From the NCBI GenBank assembly GCA_963782055.1, contig CAWAIF010000003.1, positions 6,176,001-6,240,000 on the forward strand: a DNA stretch of 64,000 nt. The letters run 5' to 3'. The notes under the pieces are model-generated. The model was not told the origin of the DNA. It did no database searches and saw nothing but the letters and a program-made list of their open reading frames with translations. Positions 20,031-28,995 of the stretch are shown here, piece by piece. Source of the stretch: an uncultured delta proteobacterium. GTDB taxonomy: Bacteria > Myxococcota_A > Polyangia > Polyangiales > Polyangiaceae. The position numbers and the translations under genes are program-made. Positions within the stretch are counted from its first letter, which is position 1. Each line of letters starts with the position of its first letter.

Positions 20031-21323
20031 ATGAAGAAGAGAGCCGCAAAGAGGAACAGGAAGCAAGAGGCGTCGGCGGGGGCCGCGCTGCCGGAGGCGT
20101 TCCGGCAGATGGTCCCGCCGATGATCGCCGGCATCGAGGTCACTCGGAGCGGCTTGCTGGCGTTCGTCCACGCGATGGGTCGCGCCGCACTCGACGAGCT
20201 TCTTCGGGGCGAGGCCGAGCGCGTCGCTGGCCCGAAGGGCAAGCACGTCGCTGGTCGTGCCGCGCACCACTGGGGCACGACCCACACGCCGCTGCCGTTC
20301 GGTGGGCGTGACATCGTCGTGCAGCGGCCGCGCGTCCGCAGCAAGGACGGGCGCGAGGTCGCCTTGCCGTTGGTGGAGGAGCTTCGTCGTCGCGACCCGC
20401 TGCCCGACCGGGTCGCCGAGCAGATCGTGCTCGGCGTCTCGACGCGCGGCTACGAGCGGAGCCTGGAGCCGGTCGCGGCCGGAACCAGGACGCGGCGCGC
20501 GAGCAAGAGTGCGGCGAGCCGGGCGCTCGTGGACAAGACCACGGAGAGGATGAGCGCGTTCCTCCGCCGCCGTCTTGACGCGCTCGACATCGTGGCGATG
20601 TTCGCCGACGGACTGGAGGTGGCGAGCCAGACAGTCATCGTGGCCCTCGGCGTTACGGCCGAGGGGACGAAGGTGCCGCTGGGCCTCTGGCTCGGCTCGA
20701 CGGAGAACGCGGCGGTCTGCACCTCGCTCGTGCAGAACCTGGTCGAGCGGGGGCTGAGGATCGACGGCAAGTTCCTGCGCGTGATCGACGGCGGCAAGGG
20801 GCTGCGCAAGGCGCTCTGCGACGTGCTCGGGTCGAGCGCGGTGCTGCAGCGCTGCCAGGTCCACAAGACGCGCAACGTCCGCGACCATCTGCCCGACTCG
20901 CGCAGGGCGTACGTGAGCGGCCAGATGCGCGAGGCGTACCGGACGCGCAACGCGAAGGTCGCCAAGAAGCGGCTGCTTCAGCTCGCGTCGTGGCTCGACA
21001 AGAACGGCGAGGACGCGGCGGCCGGCAGCCTGCGCGAGGGTCTCGACGAGACGCTCACCGTGCTCAAGCTCGGCCTCCATCCCACCCTCTGCCGCACCTT
21101 CGCGACGACCAACGCCATCGAGAACATGAACGGGACCATCCGCCGCACGCGCAACGTGAAGCGCTGGCGCGGCGGCCCGATGATCCGCCGCTGGGTCGCC
21201 CTCGCGGTGGTCGAAGCGCAGAAGAAGTTTCGGCGCGTGAAGGGTCACGCCCACATGTCCGCGCTCGTCCGCGCCCTGCGCCCCGAGCAGCTCACCGTTG
21301 CCGACCGGGAGAAGGTCGCGTAG
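20031..21323 (+). CDS. IS256 (Mutator)-family transposase; element probably starts ~19890, right inverted repeat not found
   Basis: GVSTR, FADG, VIDGGKGL, QRCQVHK.RN and TTNAIENMNGTIRR motifs. Confidence 0.88.
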   Translation: MKKRAAKRNRKQEASAGAALPEAFRQMVPPMIAGIEVTRSGLLAFVHAMGRAALDELLRGEAERVAGPKGKHVAGRAAHHWGTTHTPLPFGGRDIVVQRPRVRSKDGREVALPLVEELRRRDPLPDRVAEQIVLGVSTRGYERSLEPVAAGTRTRRASKSAASRALVDKTTERMSAFLRRRLDALDIVAMFADGLEVASQTVIVALGVTAEGTKVPLGLWLGSTENAAVCTSLVQNLVERGLRIDGKFLRVIDGGKGLRKALCDVLGSSAVLQRCQVHKTRNVRDHLPDSRRAYVSGQMREAYRTRNAKVAKKRLLQLASWLDKNGEDAAAGSLREGLDETLTVLKLGLHPTLCRTFATTNAIENMNGTIRRTRNVKRWRGGPMIRRWVALAVVEAQKKFRRVKGHAHMSALVRALRPEQLTVADREKVA

Positions 21324-21729
21324 TCCATCAGACCGCCGCCGGTACGACTGCTCACGTAGGTTCGCGTTTTCCAGTCGGAGCGAACGAACCTTTTCGTATA
21401 AGTAAGAGTCGATTGCGTGAGCGCGCCGGGTCGCGGCGGCGGTCGCGTGGCGCGGGTGCGCGGTCGCGAAATCGACGGTTGGACGAAGCCGGTGCGCGGC
21501 AGCGGCGAGGCGGTGGCCTCGGAGCCCTATGGGGAAGTTGGCGGCGTGTGGGTCACGTGTGCGGGTGCGCGAGGTGCGGAGCGGGCGGCGGGACGGCGCT
21601 CGACGCGGGCGTCCCGGAGCGCGCAGCGGGCAGCCGTGCGTGCTCGGAGGGCGGGTTTTCGTGGCGCGGATGGACAGGGGCCTGCGCCGCACTCGTGGAG
21701 CGAGCGCAGTGGAACACGACGCGGGGAGA

Positions 21730-22890
21730 TCATGCGGCCCCCGGCGGGTCGCGAGCTCGGGGCTCCGGCAGCGCGGTGCGCACGAGGGCAGGCGTGTGGC
21801 AAGCGGGGCAGCGGCGCAGGTCGATGCCCGCGATTCGCAGCAGCAGGTCGGCGGCGTCGGCACGGCGCACCGGTCGCGCAGCGGGCGCCGCGTGCGGACC
21901 CAGTCTGCGGCGTGCGGTCTCGAGGCGCGTGGTGGCGTGGCTGGCGGAGTGCAGGCCGTAGTGGCGGATCTTGACGAAGCCGCGCGGCAGCACGTGCTGG
22001 ACGAAGCGCGCGAGCAGCTCCTCGGCCGGGACGGTGACCGACTTGCCGTCTCTGGTGCGGAAGGTGACGCCGCGCTCGCCCATCGAGACGAAGCGGTGGT
22101 TGGAGATGCCGACGCGGTGCGTGTAGCGACCGAGGTAGCGGATGACCTGAGCGGGGCCGCCAAAGGGTCGCTTGGCGTAGACGACCCAGGCCTTGCGTCG
22201 GAGCGCCAGCAGGTCGACGCCGCCCAGGTCGACGAGGCCGCGCGCGTGGGCGCGCTCGAGAGCGGCGAGCATCTTGCCGCGAAAGAGCGCGCCCATCACG
22301 CGCACGGGGAAGAGGAAGCGACGGCGCGCGCGCACCCAGCGCGCGGCGTCGCCGGTGAGTCCGCCGCCGGTGACGATGGCGTGCACGTGGGGGTGGAAGA
22401 GCAGCGCGCGCGTCCAGGTGTGCAGGACCATCGTGACGCCGAGCTCGGCGCCGAGCCACTTCGGATCCCGCGCGAGGGTGGCCAGCGTGTCGGCCGCGCT
22501 CGCGAAGAGCATGTCGAAGACCCGCGCGCGCGAGCGCCGCGCGACGGCGCGCAGCTCGGCGGGGAGCGTGAAGACGACGTGGAAGTAGTGCACGGGCAGA
22601 ATGCGCTCGAGCCGCGTGGCGACCCACCGCGCCTGCGCGAGCGACTGGCACTTGGGACAGTGCCGGTTGCGGCACGAGTTGTACGACGGTCGCTCGAGCC
22701 CGCACGCGGTGCACACGTCCAGATGTCCGCCCAGCGCGGCAGTCCGGCATCGCTCGATCGCCCGCAGCGCCGACCGCTCCTCGGGACGCAGCACGCGGCC
22801 GCCGGCGAAGGCCTCGCCGTGGGCGCGCACCACGTCCGCGAGCTCGATGGGCGCCGCGCGCGTGCGCGCGGGCGCACACGACGGGTGCAT
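21730..22890 (-). CDS. IS91-family rolling-circle transposase
   Basis: One amino acid different from 8363-9523. Confidence 0.93.
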   Translation of the reverse strand: MHPSCAPARTRAAPIELADVVRAHGEAFAGGRVLRPEERSALRAIERCRTAALGGHLDVCTACGLERPSYNSCRNRHCPKCQSLAQARWVATRLERILPVHYFHVVFTLPAELRAVARRSRARVFDMLFASAADTLATLARDPKWLGAELGVTMVLHTWTRALLFHPHVHAIVTGGGLTGDAARWVRARRRFLFPVRVMGALFRGKMLAALERAHARGLVDLGGVDLLALRRKAWVVYAKRPFGGPAQVIRYLGRYTHRVGISNHRFVSMGERGVTFRTRDGKSVTVPAEELLARFVQHVLPRGFVKIRHYGLHSASHATTRLETARRRLGPHAAPAARPVRRADAADLLLRIAGIDLRRCPACHTPALVRTALPEPRARDPPGAA

Positions 22891-22896
22891 CGGGGC

Positions 22897-23742
22897 TCAG
22901 GGCAGCGCGTCGAGGGGGCTCTGAATCGACTGCACGCGGGCGGTGCTCACGTGCAGGTAGGCCATCGTGCTCCTGAGCGACGCGTGCCCGAGCAAGACCT
23001 GCAACGTGCGAAGGTCGGTCCCTGCGTCGAGCAGGTGCGTGGCGAAGCTGTGGCGCAGCGTGTGCGGCGACACGCGCCGGGTGATGCCCGCGCGCCGCGC
23101 CGCCTTGAGGATCGCCCGGTGGACGGCCGCGCGCGTGAGGAGCGTCCCGGGCACGCGCCCCGGAAACAGTTGCGGTCCTGCGGGTCGTGACGCCTTCCAG
23201 TACGCGCGCAGCGTCGCCAGCAGCCTCGCGCTGAGCATCACGTAGCGCTCACGCCCGCGCTTGGTGTGCCGCACGTGCAGGAGCATCCGCTTCGGATCGA
23301 TGTCGTCCACCCGGAGCTTGCACACCTCGCTCACGCGCAGCCCCGCCCCGTAGGCGAGCATCACCAGGGCCCGGTGCTTGTGGCTCGTGAGCGCCGCGAG
23401 CAGCCGCGCCACCTCCGCGCTCGTCAGCACCACCGGCACGTGCATCGGCACCCGCATGCGCGCCATCCCCAGCGTCGCCTCCGGCCGCTCCAGCGTCACC
23501 TCGTAGAGAAACCTCAGCGCGGCCGCGTGCACGTTGACCGTCAACGCCGCCAGCCTGCGCTCCGCCACCAGGTGCAAGAGGAACGTCCGGATCTCCGCCG
23601 CCCCCAGCGCGCACGGCGACCGCCCGTGGTACTGCGCGAACCGCCGCACGCACCCCACGTACGTGGCGATCGTGTTGGCGCTCATCCCTCGCAGCGCGAG
23701 GTCCTCGCTCATCGTGTCCCGCAGTCTTCGCTTCGCACCCAT
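22897..23742 (-). CDS. Tyrosine recombinase
   Basis: One amino acid different from 9530-10375. Confidence 0.93.
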   Translation of the reverse strand: MGAKRRLRDTMSEDLALRGMSANTIATYVGCVRRFAQYHGRSPCALGAAEIRTFLLHLVAERRLAALTVNVHAAALRFLYEVTLERPEATLGMARMRVPMHVPVVLTSAEVARLLAALTSHKHRALVMLAYGAGLRVSEVCKLRVDDIDPKRMLLHVRHTKRGRERYVMLSARLLATLRAYWKASRPAGPQLFPGRVPGTLLTRAAVHRAILKAARRAGITRRVSPHTLRHSFATHLLDAGTDLRTLQVLLGHASLRSTMAYLHVSTARVQSIQSPLDALP

Positions 23743-24048
23743 CGCGGCCTCCTTCGGCTCCGCGCGCGCCCACGAGCGGGCGGCGCGCGCCGCAGGATCG
23801 CCCGCATCACGGCACGCGAGGGCTACGAGGCGGGCTCGTCAGCGCGCACACGGCTCGCGGGGCTCCCGGGTCGCGAGCGAGCTTGATGCGGAGCCACGCT
23901 GCCGCGCAGCGGCTTCGTCCAACGTGTGTTTCGTAAACTTTTCCCGCCCGATCGCGCTAGGATTTCCTACGTGCTCGAAGCCATCACGAATGAGCGGGCC
24001 ATCGTCGAGCAGGACGTGCTCGTGGAGTGGGCTACGTCCAGAGAGTGC

Positions 24049-24489
24049 TCATGTCTTTGGTCCACGAAGCGCCAACCAGGGTGCAGCCCTTCCCCATGCC
24101 ATCAAATATGAGTGATGGTTGAAACAGAATAGATACGTCATTGGGTGGTCGCATACCCAGCATTCAAAACGTTGACACTCTCCTAACAGGCGCGTGAGGT
24201 CCGAACCATTTGGAAAGAGGAACCCATTCGCTTCATCGTTGGGCTTGAAAAAGAGATAGTGGGGTGCTTCAGGCTCGAATTCCCCCATCCAAAGGCGCGT
24301 CTCTTCACCATGCGCGCTTGGTGCGCGATTCTCGGCGAAGTCCCAGATCGGGCTATCCCTCCCAGGAAAGAAGTTGCTTGCCGCTTCACGACGTAGCCGC
24401 GACGCCTCGCCTGCGTCTAACACGGTGAGGTTCACGGGTATCGCAAGTGTCCGGTTTGTATCGTTGAGAAGATCAGCAAAGTAGCCCAT
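24049..24489 (-). CDS. Putative immunity protein
   Basis: Low-GC 146-aa ORF 6 bp after the toxin-tip stop; acidic/aromatic composition, YLFCFNHHSYL motif. Confidence 0.6.
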   Translation of the reverse strand: MGYFADLLNDTNRTLAIPVNLTVLDAGEASRLRREAASNFFPGRDSPIWDFAENRAPSAHGEETRLWMGEFEPEAPHYLFFKPNDEANGFLFPNGSDLTRLLGECQRFECWVCDHPMTYLFCFNHHSYLMAWGRAAPWLALRGPKT

Positions 24490-24495
24490 ATACCC

Positions 24496-24585
24496 TCACT
24501 GACGGTGTGCGAAAACTTGTTCGATGAATATGTGCCCGCTTGGTGCACCTTTACCTGCGCCTTGCCAGCCGATGTGCGGCACGTC
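24496..24585 (-). pseudogene. C-terminal tip of a polymorphic toxin (Ntox47-like), truncated by IS4
   Basis: DVPHIGWQGAGK...GHIFIEQV..HR* resembles the Ntox47 C-terminal PHxGWQ..GK...GHI motif (recalled, not searched). Confidence 0.55.
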
Positions 24586-25800
24586 CATGGCCAGATCCTT
24601 TGGACATAACGTGGCGGAATGATGGAAATAAATCGGGCGCCTTTCTCGTTGTTCGGTTGCGACACCAACAAGGAGAGGACGCCCGATGACGACGAGAGCT
24701 ACCCGAGCCACGAGCAGCCGTCCAGACCCGAGCGAAGAGGCGAGCGCGGTGGAGGAGCAGCTGCAGCGGACCTTCACGCCGGCGGTCATCGACGAGCTTC
24801 GGGGCCGCACCGGCTACAACCCGCGGCAGCGGCGCGCCACCGCGTTCCGCCTGGTGCTCACGGTCGTCGAGGGGTTCCTCGCGGGCCAGACGCTGTCGTT
24901 CGAGTCGCTGCGGGCGATCTTCGTGAGGCGCTTCGGCTTCATGCGCCCGTGCCCGTTCCAGAAGCGGTTCAAGCAGGAGTCGGCGGCGGCGTTCTTCCGC
25001 GCGGCGCTCGAGCACCTCGTGGCGTCGGTGACGAAGGCGGCGGGCCTGGAGCTGAGCGGGCCGCTCGCCCGCTTCGAGGACGTGCGGGTCTACGACGGTA
25101 CGGGGCAGCGCGTGCCACCGCGCGGGCGCGAGCTGCTGCCGGGATGCACCAAGGGCAAGGCCGGCACCAAGTGGGTGATGGGCTACAGCATCAAGACCGG
25201 CCTGCTCGAGCACGGCGTCTCCGACGCGGAGACCGCGTCGGAGACGCCGCTGTGGCGGAAGCTGGTCCCGAGCTTCACGCGCGGGGTGCTCTACCTCTTC
25301 GACCTCGGCTTCTTCGAGCGCGCTCTGTTCACCCAGGCGAAGGCTGCCGGCGCGCACGTGCTGATGCGCCTCAAGACCACGGCGAAGGTACGCGTGACCG
25401 CGCACATCTCGGAGAACGGCCACACCCCGCTCCACAACTGGTCGCTTGGCTACTACCTGCAGAGCGTGTCGCGCAAGCGCGGGACGATCTTCGACCTCGA
25501 CGTGACGTGGGGCAAGGGCAAGGACACCGTCGCATTGCGGCTCGTGGGACTCGCGCACAAGTCGACCGTCATCCGCTGGTACCTGACCACCGTGCCGCGC
25601 AGCGTGCTCTCGCCACGGCAGATCATCCAGACCTACCGACTCCGCTGGCTGATCGAGCTGCTCTTTCGCGAGCTGAAGCAGACCGCCGACCTCGGCCGCT
25701 CCTTCACCGCCGATCCCCACGCGATCAAGGCGCTCACCTACGGCGCGATGCTCGCCCACGCGCTCGTGCGCTCGGTCAGGATCCAGGCTGCACTCGCGCG

Positions 25801-27316
25801 GTGTCTGCTTAGCGGTGTCGCACACTGTGGGTCCATTCTTCGTTCCTGATGCGAGAAGTTCTTTCCATGGGACCTGATCGGGAGCATCCCGGATCACGTG
25901 ACGCCCGAGCAGCGGATCCAGGAGCTGGAGCAGGAGAACGCCGCGCTTCGCGAAGAGCTGGCGAAGCTGCGCAAGGAGATCGAGGAGTGGAAGCGCGGGT
26001 TCCGGGAGCGCGGGAAGCGGCGGACGTCGCGCTCCGAGGGTCGGCGGGCGCCCTCGGGCAAGCCGCGCGGCCGCAAGGTGGGCCATGTCGGATCGCGGCC
26101 CGCCGCACCGGCCCACGTCGACGACGAAGTCGTGCACGAGATGCCGGCGACGTGCAGCTGTGGCGGGGCAGTCGTGGCGACGGGCGAGACGGACAGCACA
26201 GTCGTCACCGACATCCCAGTGGTGCAGCCGCGGCAGACGCATCACGTGGCGCACGTCGGCAGCGGCGAGGTGTGCCACAAGCGCGTGGTCGCGAAGCTGC
26301 CGGGCGCGCCGGCGGCGGGCAAGAGCGTCGCCGCGGTGTCGTTCGGCCCCAACGTGCAGGCGATGGCGCTGGACCTGCGCTTCGAGCGCGACATGCCGCT
26401 GGGCAAGATCAGTGCGTTCCTCGGACAGTGGCTCGGCATCTCGATCACGACCGGCGGCCTGGCGCAGATGTTCGACCGATTGCGACGCCGCTCGGCGCCG
26501 AGCTACGACGAGCTGGTCGACGCGGTGCGCGCATCGCCCGTGGCGGGCCTCGACGAGAGCGGCCATCGACAGGACGGCGTGCCGGGTTGGATGTGGCTGA
26601 TGCGCACCGACCGCGTCTCGGTCTTCCGCGCCGAGCTGTCGCGCGGCGCGTGGGTCGCCGAGTCGATGCTCGGCGCGAGCTTCAAAGGAGTCCTGTGCAC
26701 CGACTTCTACGGCGTGTACACGAGTCACGACGGCTGGACCCACGCCTACTGCGGTGCGCACACCATCCGCGAGGCCAAGAAGATCGCCGAGCTCACCCCG
26801 TGCGCCGCGACCGAGGAGTTCCGCGACCGACTCATCGGCTTCTACGTCGCGGGCAAGCACGCCGCGGCGAGCGGCGATCCCGAGCAGCGCCGAGGCGCGC
26901 GCATCCGCCTCGGCCATCTCATCAGCAGCACCAACTTCGTGGAGTTCCCGGACATCGTCCGGCTGCAGGAGCGCCTCGACGAGCACAAGGTGGGGGTGAC
27001 GCTCTTCATCGACCGCCCCGACGTCCCGGCCACGAACAACGCGACCGAACGCGACATCCGCGCCCACGGGCGGCACCGCGCGATGACCGGCGGAACGCGC
27101 TCGGCCGCCGGCAGCGCCACCCTGGCGCACTGGATGAGCATCACGCAGACGCGGCGCAAGTGCCAGCTCCCGCTTCGGGGCTTCGTCATCGGGCTGTACG
27201 AAAGTCACCTCCACGGCAAGCCGCCTCCGTCTGTCTTTGCCCACTAGCCGGCGAGTCCTCCGACGGTCGACGTCACGCCCGGGCCGCGGGCCGTCTTCCG
27301 GCCGCTAAGCAGAGAC
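25801..27316 (+). mobile_element. IS66-family element (single-ORF, ISBst12-like; 1516 bp) with 8-bp TSD CTCGCGCG
   Basis: IRs GTGTCTGCTTAGCGG / CCGCTAAGCAGAGAC; TSD at 25793-25800 and 27317-27324. Confidence 0.92.
25898..27247 (+). CDS. IS66-family transposase
   Basis: N-terminal coiled coil, LDESG, TDFY.VY, CGAH..RE, TNNATERDIR. Confidence 0.9.
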   Translation: MTPEQRIQELEQENAALREELAKLRKEIEEWKRGFRERGKRRTSRSEGRRAPSGKPRGRKVGHVGSRPAAPAHVDDEVVHEMPATCSCGGAVVATGETDSTVVTDIPVVQPRQTHHVAHVGSGEVCHKRVVAKLPGAPAAGKSVAAVSFGPNVQAMALDLRFERDMPLGKISAFLGQWLGISITTGGLAQMFDRLRRRSAPSYDELVDAVRASPVAGLDESGHRQDGVPGWMWLMRTDRVSVFRAELSRGAWVAESMLGASFKGVLCTDFYGVYTSHDGWTHAYCGAHTIREAKKIAELTPCAATEEFRDRLIGFYVAGKHAAASGDPEQRRGARIRLGHLISSTNFVEFPDIVRLQERLDEHKVGVTLFIDRPDVPATNNATERDIRAHGRHRAMTGGTRSAAGSATLAHWMSITQTRRKCQLPLRGFVIGLYESHLHGKPPPSVFAH

Positions 27317-27554
27317 CTCGCGCGCGACGTCCCTCTCGAGCAACTGCGCCCCCTGGCGACGTTGCACGTCGTGCGCGCCTACGCGCGGGACCTGGTCGAC
27401 GCCCTCGTCTCCCTGAGCACCGCCGCGTGGACTGCCGTCGTGACCACCGTGGGCGCGGCACTCGTCGCTCTGGCACGCGAACGACAACCTTCACGCTCCA
27501 GGAAACGAATCGCCCTCAAACTTGGGGCGATCGGTGCTTAAGAGATCGGGCATG

Positions 27555-28995
27555 GGGCAATCCCGCCGTGCGCGTCGGTTTCGATGACCTGATCTTCGGC
27601 ACCAACGATGTCGTCGGCGGACCTGGCGGGCCCGTCACCACGCAGACCGACAGGCTCGACTGGGCGATGACGACCCCGTTCTTCCACTGGGACTTCCGGA
27701 GCTGGCAGCTCGTCGGCAACCGGCTGAGTGGGGACCTTTCAGACTTCGGCCTCCCCACCTACTCGCTCTCGCTCGAGCCCTATGTCTGGTACGGATCGAC
27801 CACAGCCTTCTGGCGGACCCTCTCGGCCGCCACGATCGTGCCCGGCCAGACTGGCACCACGGATCTGTGGAACTAGCACGAGGTCCTTCTGTTTGCCCGC
27901 GATCCGCGATCTGGTCGAGATGAGTACCTACTTCCGGAACTTCATGGCCGATCTCCTGAGGGCCCACAATCCGCAGAACGACGACCAGACCCAGCAGGAT
28001 CTCGACACCTACTTCAACTCCGCGTGGCGCGATCTCTATGCCGGGGTGCAGGTCCCGGCCGCTGCGACCCTCTGGTATCCTCCGCAGAAGGGGACGACCC
28101 CTGGGGCCCTGATCACTGCCAACATCATGAGCTCCAGCTTCTGGGGCGCGGAAACGCCGGCGGGGCCGGGCGCCGACCCCAATCCCGATCTCTCCGGCTC
28201 GGTCAAGGCAGCGAAGGTCATCAACCACGGCATCTGTAGCCTGCTCGTGCCCTACGTGTCCGCGGCCCAGGACGGCAGCGGGCTGATGGAAAAGCTCGCG
28301 ACCGACGGGCCGCTCGCGGTGGCGAAGCTGGTCTTCAGTCGCTACGGCGACTCCGCCGACGTGGAGAAGCGGTGGCTCAACGCCGCCCCCTTCCTCGACT
28401 TCACGGAAGAACAGGAGGACGCGCAGCTCGGCGGATTCTTCCTGAACTTCAACGTCCAGTTGAACGTGCCGGTCCTGGGTATCACCGTGGGTGGACCGAA
28501 CCTCTACTACCACAACGCGCTGCGGTGGCGCCTGTACGACGGTCGCCTCGCGGCGGACGGCGAGGTGCTGGACAAGTTCGGACGGGGGAGCGGCGCGTCC
28601 GACGCGATGGTGACGTTCGACGACGTCCTCACGCGCCAGCTCGACCACACGCCGCGCACCGGGGACGACCCAGCCTCGCTCGCCGAGGCGATCTTCCAGG
28701 AGGCGAACGCCCAGCAGGTCTACGAGGGAGACACTGGTACGGTAACCTGCACGCAGATCGTGCCCGGCGAGGATTCGCTCGGCTACGATCCGGCCGAACC
28801 TTGTTACGACTTCATCAAACAGATGAAGAGCGACGTGCACGAGGCGCTGACCTACCTGTCGGCCCCGCTCGGCCTCACGCCGGAGCAGCAGCAGCAGGTC
28901 GAAGACTCGCTCGTGGCGACGGACTTCCCAGGTGGTTCATTGAGGAACTTCCGCTGCGCGAAGTTCCCCGAGGACGCCGAAGGTCGTTGTCAGTT
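27555..28995 (+). pseudogene. Internal fragment of a large hypothetical (probably secreted) protein gene, cut by IS4 on the left and ISKra4 on the right; frame break near 27876
   Basis: Coding-like frames 27555-27876 and ~27877-28995 bounded exactly by IS ends. Confidence 0.55.

Larger units (their letters stand above)
21353..23976 (-). mobile_element. Copy C (intact, intron-free) of the tyrosine recombinase + IS91-like element
   Basis: Core 21392-23935 bounded by a direct TTTCGTA repeat; a few SNPs versus copy B. Confidence 0.9.
24586..27554 (+). mobile_element. IS4-family element, third copy; transposase (from 24686) disrupted by IS66; no TSD
   Basis: Ends CATGGCCAGATC / GATCGGGCATG; flanks GCGGCACGTC and GGGCAATCCC differ. 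Confidence 0.9.

Noticed and set aside
21353..21360. CACGTAGG/CCTACGTG as true terminal inverted repeats of the Int/IS91 element
   Set aside because: Present at both ends of copy C, but absent at copy B's left end and only partial in copy A, so it may be chance.
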